64,000 nucleotides of DNA from Pseudomonadota bacterium (GCA_039800105.1 JBDLRI010000025.1:2902-66901), one strand, 5' to 3'; positions 15,635 through 24,264 are shown, counted from the stretch's first letter. Numbers and translations are program-made. Notes: generated from the letters alone by a model not told the origin.

Positions 15635-17641
15635 ATGTATCCGCACCAGAAGCTCGATTGGTCCGCCGCCCGCCTCGAGGCCCGCCTCGCCGAGGTGCCC
15701 GATGACGTGGACGCACGCCTCGAGCTGGCCCGCATCCACCTTTCCCGCGGCCTCTACCACTCGGCCGGGGACGCCGCCTGCTCGCAGGCGCTCCAGCACG
15801 CCCGACGGATCCTGCAGGACTCCGCGACCCACGCCGAGGCCCTCGTGATCGCGGGCGCGGCGCTCGTCGGCATGGACCGCCCCGAGACCTCGCAGCGCTA
15901 CCTCGACGAGGCGCTGCGGGTCGATCCCGACCGCGCGGACCTCCACCTCGCGATGGGTGCCATGTACCGCGGCCTCGGCGACCGCCACGTGGCGCTTCGG
16001 CACCTCGAGATCGCCTGCCGGCTGTCCCCGGACAGCTGGGAGGTCCACCTGCTGCTCGGCCGCACGCTCACCGAGCGGGCGCGGCAGGTCGGCGGGCGTC
16101 GCCTCGTGGAGCGCAGCCAGTACCACCTGGTGCGGGCGCTGAAGCTCGACCCCTCCCCCGACATGCTGGCGCCGCTGATGCGCGACCTGGGCATCAACTG
16201 CCTCCAGACGGGTCGCTACGCCGAGGCGGAGAAGCTCTTCGTGCGCCTGCGGGAGCACCCGCGCTACGCGGCGCAGGCGCGCAAGCACCTCGGCCACGTG
16301 GCCTTCGCGCTCGGCAAGTTCAAGAACGCCATCTCCCATTACCGGCACTACCTCGAGGCCCACGGCGACGACGTCAACGCGCTGACCCAGGTCGGCATGG
16401 CCTACCTGCAGATGGACGAGCTGGACCGCGCGCGGGAGTTCTGCAACCAGGCCCTGCTGCTCGCGCCCGACCACCTTCCCGCACGGCACGCGCTCGGCTG
16501 CACGCTGCTCGAGGAGGGACAGGTCACGGAGGCGCTCAAGCTCTTCAAGGAGACCCTCGAGGATCACCCCGAGGACACCGCGAGCTACGTGGAGCTGGTG
16601 CGCACGCGGCGTCGCGCCGGCGACTCCCAGTGGCTGCAGCGTGCCCTGGCGGCCGAGGTCGGCGCGTTCGACCGCCTGCCGCTCACCGGCGGCGAGAACG
16701 CGCCGCGGACCTTCACGCGTCGGCGAATCGCGGTGCTTCTCGACGAGCTGCGCGCCATCGGGCCGAGCTCGGTGCCCGGGGTGCTCGAGTCCGTGGATGC
16801 GACCGATGACGAGGGCCTGCGCTTCACGCTCTTCGACGCCGCCTGCACGATGGCCGCCAACCACGTGGCGGACGAGGTCGGCGTGCGGCTCCGCGAGCCC
16901 GGGGCGCACTACGGCGGCGCGCTGGCCCGCGCGGCGTTGGCGTCCGCGTCGTTCATCCCGGAGCCGACGCTGACGGCGGGCCTCAACGTGACCATGGAGG
17001 ACATCCAGCGCATGGCGGTGGAGCGGCGCGGAAACGCCTCCGACCTCGCGGCCCACCGCCGCAACGTCGAGCACGAGCGTGACGTGGCGCGCGCGTACCA
17101 GGCGCTGCTGCTGCTGGCGATCGCCACGCGCAGGAGCCGCTCGGCGCGGCAGCTGCTGGATGGCTGGAACGACGCGGACCCGGAGCTGCTCGTGGCCGTG
17201 CAGGCCGCACGCGTGATCAGCGGCGACGAGGACGCGGCGAAGGCACTCCTGCGCCGCGGCCAGGAGCGGGGCGCTGCCCCCCTGGTGGAGCGGTTCCTCG
17301 CCATGGTCACGCCGCCCGGCGGGCGCGGCGAGCCACGCGCCGTGACGGGCGGCGGGGCCGACGTGCACTGCTCCAGCTGCGGGCGCACGGGCAAGGAGTG
17401 CACGCACCTCATGGCGGGCACGCGCGGGGTCATCTGCGACGTCTGCGTGGGCGACATCGCGCGGAACCGCCGGAACATCGTGGCACCCGACGATGCCGTG
17501 TGCTCGCTGTGCGGGCGCACCCACTTCGAGAGCCGCGCGGTGTACCGCCATCAGGGCGTGGACGTGTGCGCCGACTGCCTCGACCTCAGCATGGGCCTGC
17601 TCGAGCGAGAGGAGATCGACCGCTTCCTCGCGTCCTGGTAG
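15635..17641 (+). CDS. TPR-repeat protein with two C-terminal ClpX-type C4 zinc-ribbon motifs
   Basis: ORF 15635..17641. Multiple TPR units in the first ~330 aa. The C-terminus carries HCSSCGRTGKECTHLMAGTRGVICDVCV and VCSLCGRTHFESRAVYRHQGVDVCADCL, both matching the ClpX N-terminal zinc-binding pattern C-x2-C...ICxxC. Confidence 0.8.
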   Translation: MYPHQKLDWSAARLEARLAEVPDDVDARLELARIHLSRGLYHSAGDAACSQALQHARRILQDSATHAEALVIAGAALVGMDRPETSQRYLDEALRVDPDRADLHLAMGAMYRGLGDRHVALRHLEIACRLSPDSWEVHLLLGRTLTERARQVGGRRLVERSQYHLVRALKLDPSPDMLAPLMRDLGINCLQTGRYAEAEKLFVRLREHPRYAAQARKHLGHVAFALGKFKNAISHYRHYLEAHGDDVNALTQVGMAYLQMDELDRAREFCNQALLLAPDHLPARHALGCTLLEEGQVTEALKLFKETLEDHPEDTASYVELVRTRRRAGDSQWLQRALAAEVGAFDRLPLTGGENAPRTFTRRRIAVLLDELRAIGPSSVPGVLESVDATDDEGLRFTLFDAACTMAANHVADEVGVRLREPGAHYGGALARAALASASFIPEPTLTAGLNVTMEDIQRMAVERRGNASDLAAHRRNVEHERDVARAYQALLLLAIATRRSRSARQLLDGWNDADPELLVAVQAARVISGDEDAAKALLRRGQERGAAPLVERFLAMVTPPGGRGEPRAVTGGGADVHCSSCGRTGKECTHLMAGTRGVICDVCVGDIARNRRNIVAPDDAVCSLCGRTHFESRAVYRHQGVDVCADCLDLSMGLLEREEIDRFLASW

Positions 17642-19018
17642 TCAGCGCGCGGGTCGGCGACGGCGACGCAGGGACGCCATCCCCGCGAGGAAGAAGATCC
17701 CGGGCGCCCCGGCCACCGCGCAGCCGCCCGTCTTCGGCGATGCGGTCGCCGACGTGACGGGGTCCCCGGCACAGGCCTCCGCGAGCTCCGCGGGACCGAG
17801 GCAGGTCCGCACGCGGGTCGAGGCCTCCGCGCGCACGGGGTTCACGCCGACCAGCACGTAGCTGCCGGCCGCCAACTCCCCCAGCGCGCGCGGCGCTGCC
17901 GTTCCGGCGAAGGTGTCCAGCGGCGCCTGCAGTCGACCGGCCCCATCCAGCGGATGGAGCGAGAACACGAGGTCGGGCGCGTCCGTGCCGGTCGCGAACC
18001 ATGCGGCCCCGCCGGGATGTTCCAACCCGTAATAGGTGGCGGCGAGCGGGTAGTAGCGGTTCGTGTCGTCGATCGACGCGCCGCGGGCGGCCAGCGGCGG
18101 CGGGGTGAGCTGCGCCGCGAACGGGTATCCGGGCTCCGCGCCGGCGCGCAGGCCGGTGGCGGCGTTCCGGCGCGCGAAGTCCGCGAAGTCCGCATCCAGC
18201 GCGCCGCCCGCCTCCTCCACCCGCCGCCCCACGTCCCCGAGCGCGTCGCCGTCGGAGGAGGCGGAGTCCTCCAGGAGGTCGACGAGCACGTCCGTGCCGT
18301 ACCGATCGGCCAGGAACCACCACCAGAGGGCGGTGCCGTAGGCGAACGCCGGCACCGGTCCCGTCGGCGGGCGGTCCAGCGATCGGCCCGCGTCCTGCAG
18401 ATACGCGCCGCAGAAGCGCAGGAAGTCGCGGCTTCCGGGATCGTAGAGGTCCTCCGCCCACGTGGCGGTCCCCTCCGACACCCACAGCTCCTGATCGGCG
18501 TCGTAGGCGGCCTGCACGGCGTGGAACAGCTCGTGCGACACGAGCACCGTGACCGCGGTGTCGATGCTGGCGTAGCCGTACCCGACGAAGTCGTTCTCCA
18601 GGAGCACGTGGCCCGCGCACGCGCGCGGGGCCGCGTCACAGGCCTCGGCCACGTACATGCCGTCGGCGTCCCCGCCGAAATCGACCAGGTAGACGTCCAG
18701 GGCGTCCGAGCCTCCCGCGCCCGAATCCGGGAGCGGCGCGCGGAACCCGACGCCGGCGTAGACGTCGAGCACGTCCTCGGTGCGGGCGGCCACGGCCTCG
18801 ACGAAGTCGGGGATCCCGTCCTGATCCGCGTCGGCACGCAGGGTGGCGTTCGGGCCGGCCTCGCTGTACCACACGCGCGCCCGCCCCTCGGCGCCGTCGA
18901 AGGACACGACGCGGTCTTCCGCGGAGAAGGCCCGCAGCCCGGACCCGTCCGTGGGTCGCCCCCACGCCGCACCGAGGAGCAGCAGCGCGATCACGCGCGC
19001 CGCCGGCGCGCGCACCGC
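17642..19018 (-). CDS. Secreted HExxH metalloprotease with MYXO-CTERM tail
   Basis: Distal part of ORF 17642..19846. Zinc motif VLVSHELFHAVQ. C-terminal tail GGCAVAGAPGIFFLAGMASLRRRRRPAR. GTG 19018 gives the signal peptide MRAPAARVIALLLLGAAWG; the alternative GTG 18994 overlaps the upstream stop (GTGA). Confidence 0.75.
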   Translation of the reverse strand, partial: AVRAPAARVIALLLLGAAWGRPTDGSGLRAFSAEDRVVSFDGAEGRARVWYSEAGPNATLRADADQDGIPDFVEAVAARTEDVLDVYAGVGFRAPLPDSGAGGSDALDVYLVDFGGDADGMYVAEACDAAPRACAGHVLLENDFVGYGYASIDTAVTVLVSHELFHAVQAAYDADQELWVSEGTATWAEDLYDPGSRDFLRFCGAYLQDAGRSLDRPPTGPVPAFAYGTALWWWFLADRYGTDVLVDLLEDSASSDGDALGDVGRRVEEAGGALDADFADFARRNAATGLRAGAEPGYPFAAQLTPPPLAARGASIDDTNRYYPLAATYYGLEHPGGAAWFATGTDAPDLVFSLHPLDGAGRLQAPLDTFAGTAAPRALGELAAGSYVLVGVNPVRAEASTRVRTCLGPAELAEACAGDPVTSATASPKTGGCAVAGAPGIFFLAGMASLRRRRRPAR

Positions 19019-20439
19019 ACCGCGAGCAGCGCGACCACCGCGGGGGAGGCGTTGCGGAGGGGGTGTCCCCCTCCGCCCCAGTCGGCCGAGGTGGCGCAGG
19101 CGCACCCCGCGGCGGCCTCCGCATCGGGCGGGTACAGCGTCTCGAGGATGCCGACGGGGTCGATGACGCCCCACCCGTAGACGTCGTTGCGACCGTCGGC
19201 GTCGGGAGGCACGCTCGCCGACGGCGCGGCGGTGCCCTCGATCAGCGCGCGGAGGTCGGCGGCGGTCAGCGTCGGATCCTGCGCGAGCACCCACCCGGCC
19301 AGGCCGCTCACCACGGGAGCCGCGGCGCTGGTGCCGCCGAAGGTCGTGGTCACGCCGCCGCCCGGCACCACCGACACCGTGGCGCTCGGCGCCGCGACGT
19401 CCACCGCGGGGCCGGCGTTGGTGTAGTTCGTCGGGTAACCGTAGCTGTCGGTGGCGGACACGCACAGCACGTCCTCCAGCGCCGCCAGTTCGATGGGGCG
19501 GATGCGCCGATCGTCGTTGCCGGCCGCGAAGACCACGAGCGCGCCGAGGCCGCCGCGCCCCTCGATGCTGGCCCGCGCGATGACCTCGGCCAGCGGCTCC
19601 GGCACCGGGATGGATTCGGTGAACCCCCAGGAATTGTTGATGACGCCGGCGCCCGCGGCGATCGCGTGCTCGAAGGCCCGCACGTCGGCGGACAGCGGCG
19701 TGTCGCCGTCCTCGCCGAGCAGCCGGATCGGGACGAGCGTGCACGCCGGACACATGCCCACGATGCCCACCTCGTTGCCGCCGCGTGCCAGCGCAGCCCC
19801 GGACACCGCCGTGCCGTGGAGATCGCAGGCCAGCTCGGGGCCACACGGCGCGGCCGGCGAGGGATCCTCATCGTCGTCGATCGCGTCGTACGGCGCGGTG
19901 ACCGCGTCCGCGAGATCGGGGTGCCCGATGTCGATGGCGGAATCGATGACGGCCACGCGCACGTCGGGATCGCCCGGCGACACGGCCCACAGGCGATCCA
20001 TCGACAGGCGGTCCACCCACCACTGGCTTCCGCGCGAGGGGTCGTCGTACACCCCCTCGCCGCCGGCCGGCGCCTGCGGCAGCAGCACGTCCGGGAACAC
20101 CCCGTGGATCCCGGCGCGCGCGGCGAGCGCCTGTGCCGTGACGATGGGCGACGCGGACGGCAACCGCCACGAACGGCCCCCGAGAAAAACCGCGCCCGGG
20201 GGCGCCGGCATGCCGGGCGCGACGCGGAACACGACCCCGTCGGACACGGCGAGGTCCACGACACGGCCCTCGAGGTGGGCGAAGCGGTAGACCGGGCGTC
20301 CGGCCCGGACCCCGACGCGCTCCGGCGGCGATGCCGGGTCGAAGCGCAGGGGCGCGGCGTCCGCCGGGACCCACGCGAGGAGGGCGAGCATTGCGACGAC
20401 CATGGGCCGCAGGATATCGGCGCGCCGCGAGGTCCGCAT
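18991..20439 (-). CDS. Subtilisin-like serine protease (S8) with MYXO-CTERM tail
   Basis: Distal part of ORF 18991..20640. Catalytic triad contexts VAVIDSAID, DLHGTAVSG and GGTSAAAPVVSG. ATG 20439 gives the signal peptide MRTSRRADILRPMVVAMLALLAWVPADA; ATG 20403 is the alternative. The tail GCACATSADWGGGGHPLRNASPAVVALLAVRCARRRRA contains repeat copy 19042-19081. Confidence 0.85.
   Translation of the reverse strand: MRTSRRADILRPMVVAMLALLAWVPADAAPLRFDPASPPERVGVRAGRPVYRFAHLEGRVVDLAVSDGVVFRVAPGMPAPPGAVFLGGRSWRLPSASPIVTAQALAARAGIHGVFPDVLLPQAPAGGEGVYDDPSRGSQWWVDRLSMDRLWAVSPGDPDVRVAVIDSAIDIGHPDLADAVTAPYDAIDDDEDPSPAAPCGPELACDLHGTAVSGAALARGGNEVGIVGMCPACTLVPIRLLGEDGDTPLSADVRAFEHAIAAGAGVINNSWGFTESIPVPEPLAEVIARASIEGRGGLGALVVFAAGNDDRRIRPIELAALEDVLCVSATDSYGYPTNYTNAGPAVDVAAPSATVSVVPGGGVTTTFGGTSAAAPVVSGLAGWVLAQDPTLTAADLRALIEGTAAPSASVPPDADGRNDVYGWGVIDPVGILETLYPPDAEAAAGCACATSADWGGGGHPLRNASPAVVALLAVRCARRRRA
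19042..19081 (+). repeat. GC-hairpin repeat copy
   Basis: gggggaggcgttgcggagggggtgtccccctccgccccag. Identical to the copy at 45717. Lies inside the MYXO-CTERM tail of the S8 protease. Confidence 0.9.
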
Positions 20440-21172
20440 GCCCACCCTTCCCGTCCTCTCCGCGCTGCTCACGCTCGCTGCCTGCGGTGCCCCCGCGGAG
20501 GAGAAGGCGCTCGATCCGGTCTGCACCGACCCGGAGCCGCCGGCGTGCATCGACGCGATGATCCAGGACCTCTCGCTGCATGACGACAAGGTGAGCGACG
20601 CCGAGGTGTCCACCACCCGCGACGGCGACGACTTCGTCACCTTCGTGGACGCCTCCGCGGGGGGCTACAGCCGCGCGTCGGCCCATCCCTGGACCTACGT
20701 GCGGTTCACGGAGCTCGGTGCCGAGCGCGTGAACGTCGACGACGAGACCGCCCTGACCGACATGACCTGGCACATGGCGTTCCGGCGCTTCATCATCCGG
20801 CTCAACAGCGGCGACAGCGGTCCGTCCTGCGTCGGCGCATCCGCGCTCATGGGGCGGCGCTACGACGCCGTGGACGCCGTGCCCGAGGGCGTGACCTTCC
20901 TCGAGGACGACAGCTACACGGACGACTGCAGCCTCATCAACGACTCGTCCGGCCTGCCGGGCAGCCCGCAGGTGGCGATGGGCCCGTGGTGGGACTACCC
21001 CGGCTGCGTGGACACCACCGGGACGCCCTTCGTCGTCCAGCTCGAGGACGGGCGGGTCCTGAAGCTCGTCGTCGAGCGGTACTACGACGGCGACGGCGAC
21101 GACGAGTGCGACGACTCGCAGGCGACGCAGGAGGACGGCGGCTTCCTCACGCTCCGCTGGCGCGCGCTCTAG
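20402..21172 (+). CDS. HmuY-like lipoprotein
   Basis: ORF 20402..21172. Lipobox LTLAAC. The segment TWHMAFRRFIIRLNSGDSGPSCVGA resembles the HmuY-family W-D-x-A-F-R...N-S-G motif. ATG 20402 or ATG 20438 is the start. Confidence 0.6.
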   Translation: MGRRISARREVRMPTLPVLSALLTLAACGAPAEEKALDPVCTDPEPPACIDAMIQDLSLHDDKVSDAEVSTTRDGDDFVTFVDASAGGYSRASAHPWTYVRFTELGAERVNVDDETALTDMTWHMAFRRFIIRLNSGDSGPSCVGASALMGRRYDAVDAVPEGVTFLEDDSYTDDCSLINDSSGLPGSPQVAMGPWWDYPGCVDTTGTPFVVQLEDGRVLKLVVERYYDGDGDDECDDSQATQEDGGFLTLRWRAL

Positions 21173-22779
21173 CCTACGCAGGCAGGCCGACGTCGGCGCA
21201 TCACGGCGAGTGCGCACCCCACGAGGATCCCGCCCCAGCGGCCCTGCGCCGGGACACTCCCGCACCCTCCGGTCCCGGCTGGCACCTCCCCGGCCCTCGC
21301 GATCCCGGTCCCGGCGACGCGCGCGTCCGCCGGCGGCAGGCGCGCGCGGTCCGCGAGCCAGTCCCGCACCGCGTCGGGGTCCCGGAAACGCCCGGTGGCC
21401 GAGATCCACAGCGCGGCCAGGCCCGCGACGTGCGGCGCCGCCGCGCTGGTTCCCTGGAACGCGCGCGCGCCGAACGCATCCGTCGACACGGCGCTTGGTG
21501 CCAGCAGCTCCGGCTTGGCGCGCCCGTCGTCGGTCGGCCCGCGGCTGCTGTACGGAAACGGCGCGTCGGACGGGACGTCCCACGCCCCCACCGTCACGCC
21601 GTTTCGCAGGTCCGCCGGCAGCGTGAGGCTGCGCGCGCCGGTGGCCGCCTCGGCCGCCATGCCGCCCGGGGCGTGCAGGGTCGCGGTCAGGCCGGCCGGC
21701 ACCTGGCCGTCCGCCGCCTCGACGCGCGCGCGGACCCACGGGGTGCAGGCAACGGCGTTCACGGACTCGAACGGGTCCCCGCGGCCGTCCTGGCTCTCCG
21801 TGCCGCGCCCGCAGGGGGACCCGTCCGCGTTGACGAGCACGAGGTCGAGGTCGGTCGTCGCGCCACCGAACGGCTCCGACCACCGCAGGGTCGCCCGCGC
21901 CCAGCCGTCGGGTGCCCACACCCACGCGCCCGACCGGTCGCCGATCGGCACGACACCGTCGTCGTCGGGCGTTCCGAGGACGCCCACACGGGTGCGGAGC
22001 GCCTCGTTGCCCGCCGCCGCGACATAGAGCACCCCGTGCGCCGCGACCGCATCCGCCAGGCGCGTCATCGGGCTGGTGGCGTCGGCGTGCCAGACGTTGT
22101 CGAAGCCGATCGAGGCGTTGATCACGTCGGCACCGGCCGCGACAAGCGACTCCAGCGCCCCGGCCAGCTCCACGTCGGTCTCGACGGTCACGAGCACCAG
22201 CTCGGCCTCCGGAGCGATGTCGTGGACGACCTCCGCCACCGCCGTCCCGTGCGCGGATCGCCCGGGCGCGCCGAAGCGGAAGTCCGTGCGCACGCGCCCG
22301 GGGAGTTCGGCGCCGAGCGCGTCCTCCCACCCGGCGAAGCCGACGTCGACGATGCCGACGACGACGCCCGCGCCGTCGAGCCCGGCTTCGTGCCACGGCT
22401 CCACGCCGAGGGCGTCGACCCCCTCGCTGCGCACGCCCTTCGGCACGGCCCGGCGGGGCGGACGCACGCGCGCCACGCCCGGCACCCCGGCCAGCCCGCG
22501 CAGGTCCACGGGCCCCGCGACCTGCACGGCGTCGGGGGACACCGCGCGGACCGACAGGCCCGACGCCACGAGGCGCGCGGCCAGGGCCGGGCCCGACACG
22601 CCCGCCTCCGGATGCACCGCCACGTCCGCCCCGCCCCAGGCCTCCCCCGCGTCCCGCAGCGCGGCGTCGACGCGCGCCCACGCGGGATCGGCCGGCCGGG
22701 GCGCCGCCGCGGCCATCGCCAGCCACGCCAGGATCACGCCACCCCCGCGCCGCGCGATACGGACGCCCCGTGGACCCAC
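21169..22779 (-). CDS. Subtilisin-like serine protease (S8) with MYXO-CTERM tail
   Basis: ORF 21169..22779, GTG start. VVVGIVDVGF, SAHGTAVAEV, FQGTSAAAPHVAGLAAL. Tail GTGGCGSVPAQGRWGGILVGCALAVMRRRRP. Its stop overlaps the stop of the convergent gene (CTAG). Confidence 0.85.
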   Translation of the reverse strand: MGPRGVRIARRGGGVILAWLAMAAAAPRPADPAWARVDAALRDAGEAWGGADVAVHPEAGVSGPALAARLVASGLSVRAVSPDAVQVAGPVDLRGLAGVPGVARVRPPRRAVPKGVRSEGVDALGVEPWHEAGLDGAGVVVGIVDVGFAGWEDALGAELPGRVRTDFRFGAPGRSAHGTAVAEVVHDIAPEAELVLVTVETDVELAGALESLVAAGADVINASIGFDNVWHADATSPMTRLADAVAAHGVLYVAAAGNEALRTRVGVLGTPDDDGVVPIGDRSGAWVWAPDGWARATLRWSEPFGGATTDLDLVLVNADGSPCGRGTESQDGRGDPFESVNAVACTPWVRARVEAADGQVPAGLTATLHAPGGMAAEAATGARSLTLPADLRNGVTVGAWDVPSDAPFPYSSRGPTDDGRAKPELLAPSAVSTDAFGARAFQGTSAAAPHVAGLAALWISATGRFRDPDAVRDWLADRARLPPADARVAGTGIARAGEVPAGTGGCGSVPAQGRWGGILVGCALAVMRRRRPACVG

Positions 22780-23387
22780 ACACCGACGGCTTCTTCGACC
22801 GGGACGCGCTGGAGGTCGCGCACGACCTCATCGGCTGCGTGCTCACCCGCCACGAAGGCCTTCGCGTGCGCATCACCGAGGCGGAGGCGTACCGCTTCCC
22901 CGGCGACAGCGCCAACCACGCGCGCATGGGACTCACCCCGCGCAACGCGCCGATGTGGGGTCCTTCCGGCCATCTCTACGTCTACCTCTGCTACGGCGTG
23001 CATCCCATGCTCAACCTCGTCACCGGGCCCGGGGGTCACGCCGCGGCCGTGCTCCTGCGCGGTGGCGAGCCGATGCAGGACACGATCATGGGGCGGGGGG
23101 GCGCGCCCCCCCGCAACGCCCCCCGCCTCGACGGGCCCGGAACGCTCGCGCAGGCGCTCGGCGTCACCACGGCCCACACGGGCCTGCGGCTCGACGCCGT
23201 CTTCGCGCTCGACGCCCCCGACCGCCCGGTGACGCGGCTCGCCGGACCGCGCGTGGGAATCGACTACGCGGCCCCGGAACACCGCGACGCCCCCTGGCGC
23301 GTGGCATGCGCGTCCAGCCTCCACGTCGGACACCGGCGCACGCTCGCGCCGATCCCGGCTACCAGCTCGGCGCCGGGTTCGCGCTGA
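22770..23387 (+). CDS. mpg: DNA-3-methyladenine glycosylase (Mpg/AAG family)
   Basis: ORF 22770..23387, GTG start. FFDRDALEVAHDLIGCVL, ITEAEAY, DSANHA, HLYVYLCYGVHPMLNLV, GPGTLAQALGV, GPRVGIDYA. Repeat copy 23088-23125 lies in frame between conserved blocks. Confidence 0.88.
   Translation: MDPHTDGFFDRDALEVAHDLIGCVLTRHEGLRVRITEAEAYRFPGDSANHARMGLTPRNAPMWGPSGHLYVYLCYGVHPMLNLVTGPGGHAAAVLLRGGEPMQDTIMGRGGAPPRNAPRLDGPGTLAQALGVTTAHTGLRLDAVFALDAPDRPVTRLAGPRVGIDYAAPEHRDAPWRVACASSLHVGHRRTLAPIPATSSAPGSR
23088..23125 (-). repeat. GC-hairpin repeat copy
   Basis: atggggcggggggggcgcgcccccccgcaacgcccccc, in frame inside mpg. Confidence 0.85.
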
Positions 23388-24144
23388 TCCAGGCGTCCAT
23401 CTCGTCCGCCGCGCCGACCATGTCCTCCACGGCAAGATGCAGCGCCAGCGTCTCGGGGACGTCCGTGCCGGTGAGACGCGTCTGCGCCCAGGTGGCGTAC
23501 ATGTTCCTCGACCCGTCCCCGTGCGGGATGCTGACCCACAGGTAGTATTGCGCCAGCACGTCCAGCCAGTCGACGTTGAGCTCGGCGGCGCCCACCATCC
23601 AGTTGCGCTGCACGAGTGCCTCGCCCCCGTCGGAGAGCTCGACCCAGCGCCACTGCACCAGGTTGTGCGAGGTCACCTCCAGCGAGAGCGGCAGCGACGC
23701 GGTCACCCACGACTCGTAGGCGAAGGTCCCGCACCGGTGATCGAGGAAGCACGCCATGTCGCCCTGGTCCTCGCGCGCGTACGCGAGCACCGTGTCCGCG
23801 TCGCGCACGAGCGGATCGGTCGTGAGCTGCGACGCTGCGATGGTCGTGGGATCGTGGGGGCTCTCATGGCCGACCGCCGCGCCCACCAACCCCTCCGCGC
23901 TGCGCGTGGCGTCGTCGAGGCCGTCGAGGGTGGTCTGATCGAGCGTGCGCACCGCGTAGCCCTCGAGCGTCTCGTCCAGCCGCGTGTCCATCCACACCGC
24001 GAGGTTGTCGCCGCCCGCCGCGAGCGCCGCGGGGTCCTCGTCCATCGCGTGGGCGAAGAGGAACCCGACCAGCGCGTCGAGCTCCTGCGGCGCCTCGACG
24101 GGGCGGCTGCAGGCGAGGAGAAGCGCGAGCGCGACCATGCCCAT
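23359..24144 (-). CDS. Hypothetical lipoprotein
   Basis: ORF 23359..24144, ATG start, N-terminus MGMVALALLLAC. No family recognised. The 3' end overlaps the 3' end of mpg by 29 nt. Confidence 0.65.
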   Translation of the reverse strand: MGMVALALLLACSRPVEAPQELDALVGFLFAHAMDEDPAALAAGGDNLAVWMDTRLDETLEGYAVRTLDQTTLDGLDDATRSAEGLVGAAVGHESPHDPTTIAASQLTTDPLVRDADTVLAYAREDQGDMACFLDHRCGTFAYESWVTASLPLSLEVTSHNLVQWRWVELSDGGEALVQRNWMVGAAELNVDWLDVLAQYYLWVSIPHGDGSRNMYATWAQTRLTGTDVPETLALHLAVEDMVGAADEMDAWISANPAPSW

Positions 24145-24264
24145 GTCGTAGCCGCCTTGCGGCGCGACGCAAGGGCCGGCGGCGCGACCGCGCGCGAACG
24201 CGGGTGCGCGCGCCGGGGGCGTGGCCTACCGTGGTGCGGCCGCGCAACGCGGTAGACCCTCCGC

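Noticed and set aside
19042-19081. G-quadruplex formation by the G-runs of the repeat.
   Set aside because: G-tracts are present, but each is complemented by C-tracts in the same element, which favours a duplex hairpin. This cannot be decided from sequence alone, so it is not reported as a finding.
21169-21172. Convergent stop codons sharing the CTAG tetranucleotide, and the many ATGA/GTGA stop-start overlaps.
   Set aside because: These are common consequences of compact high-GC operons and convergent genes. They are noted in the annotation but are not unusual.
2060-22945. Other long shadow ORFs: 2060..4132 plus, 3634..5802 plus, 5054..8452 plus, 12963..15848 plus, 14135..17551 minus and 19868..22945 minus. 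Also the 19..1206 portion of ORF 19..2277, which overlaps aspS.
   Set aside because: Each overlaps a gene with clear family signatures in another frame or on the other strand. Their composition is Arg/Ala/Pro/Gly-dominated. No independent support.
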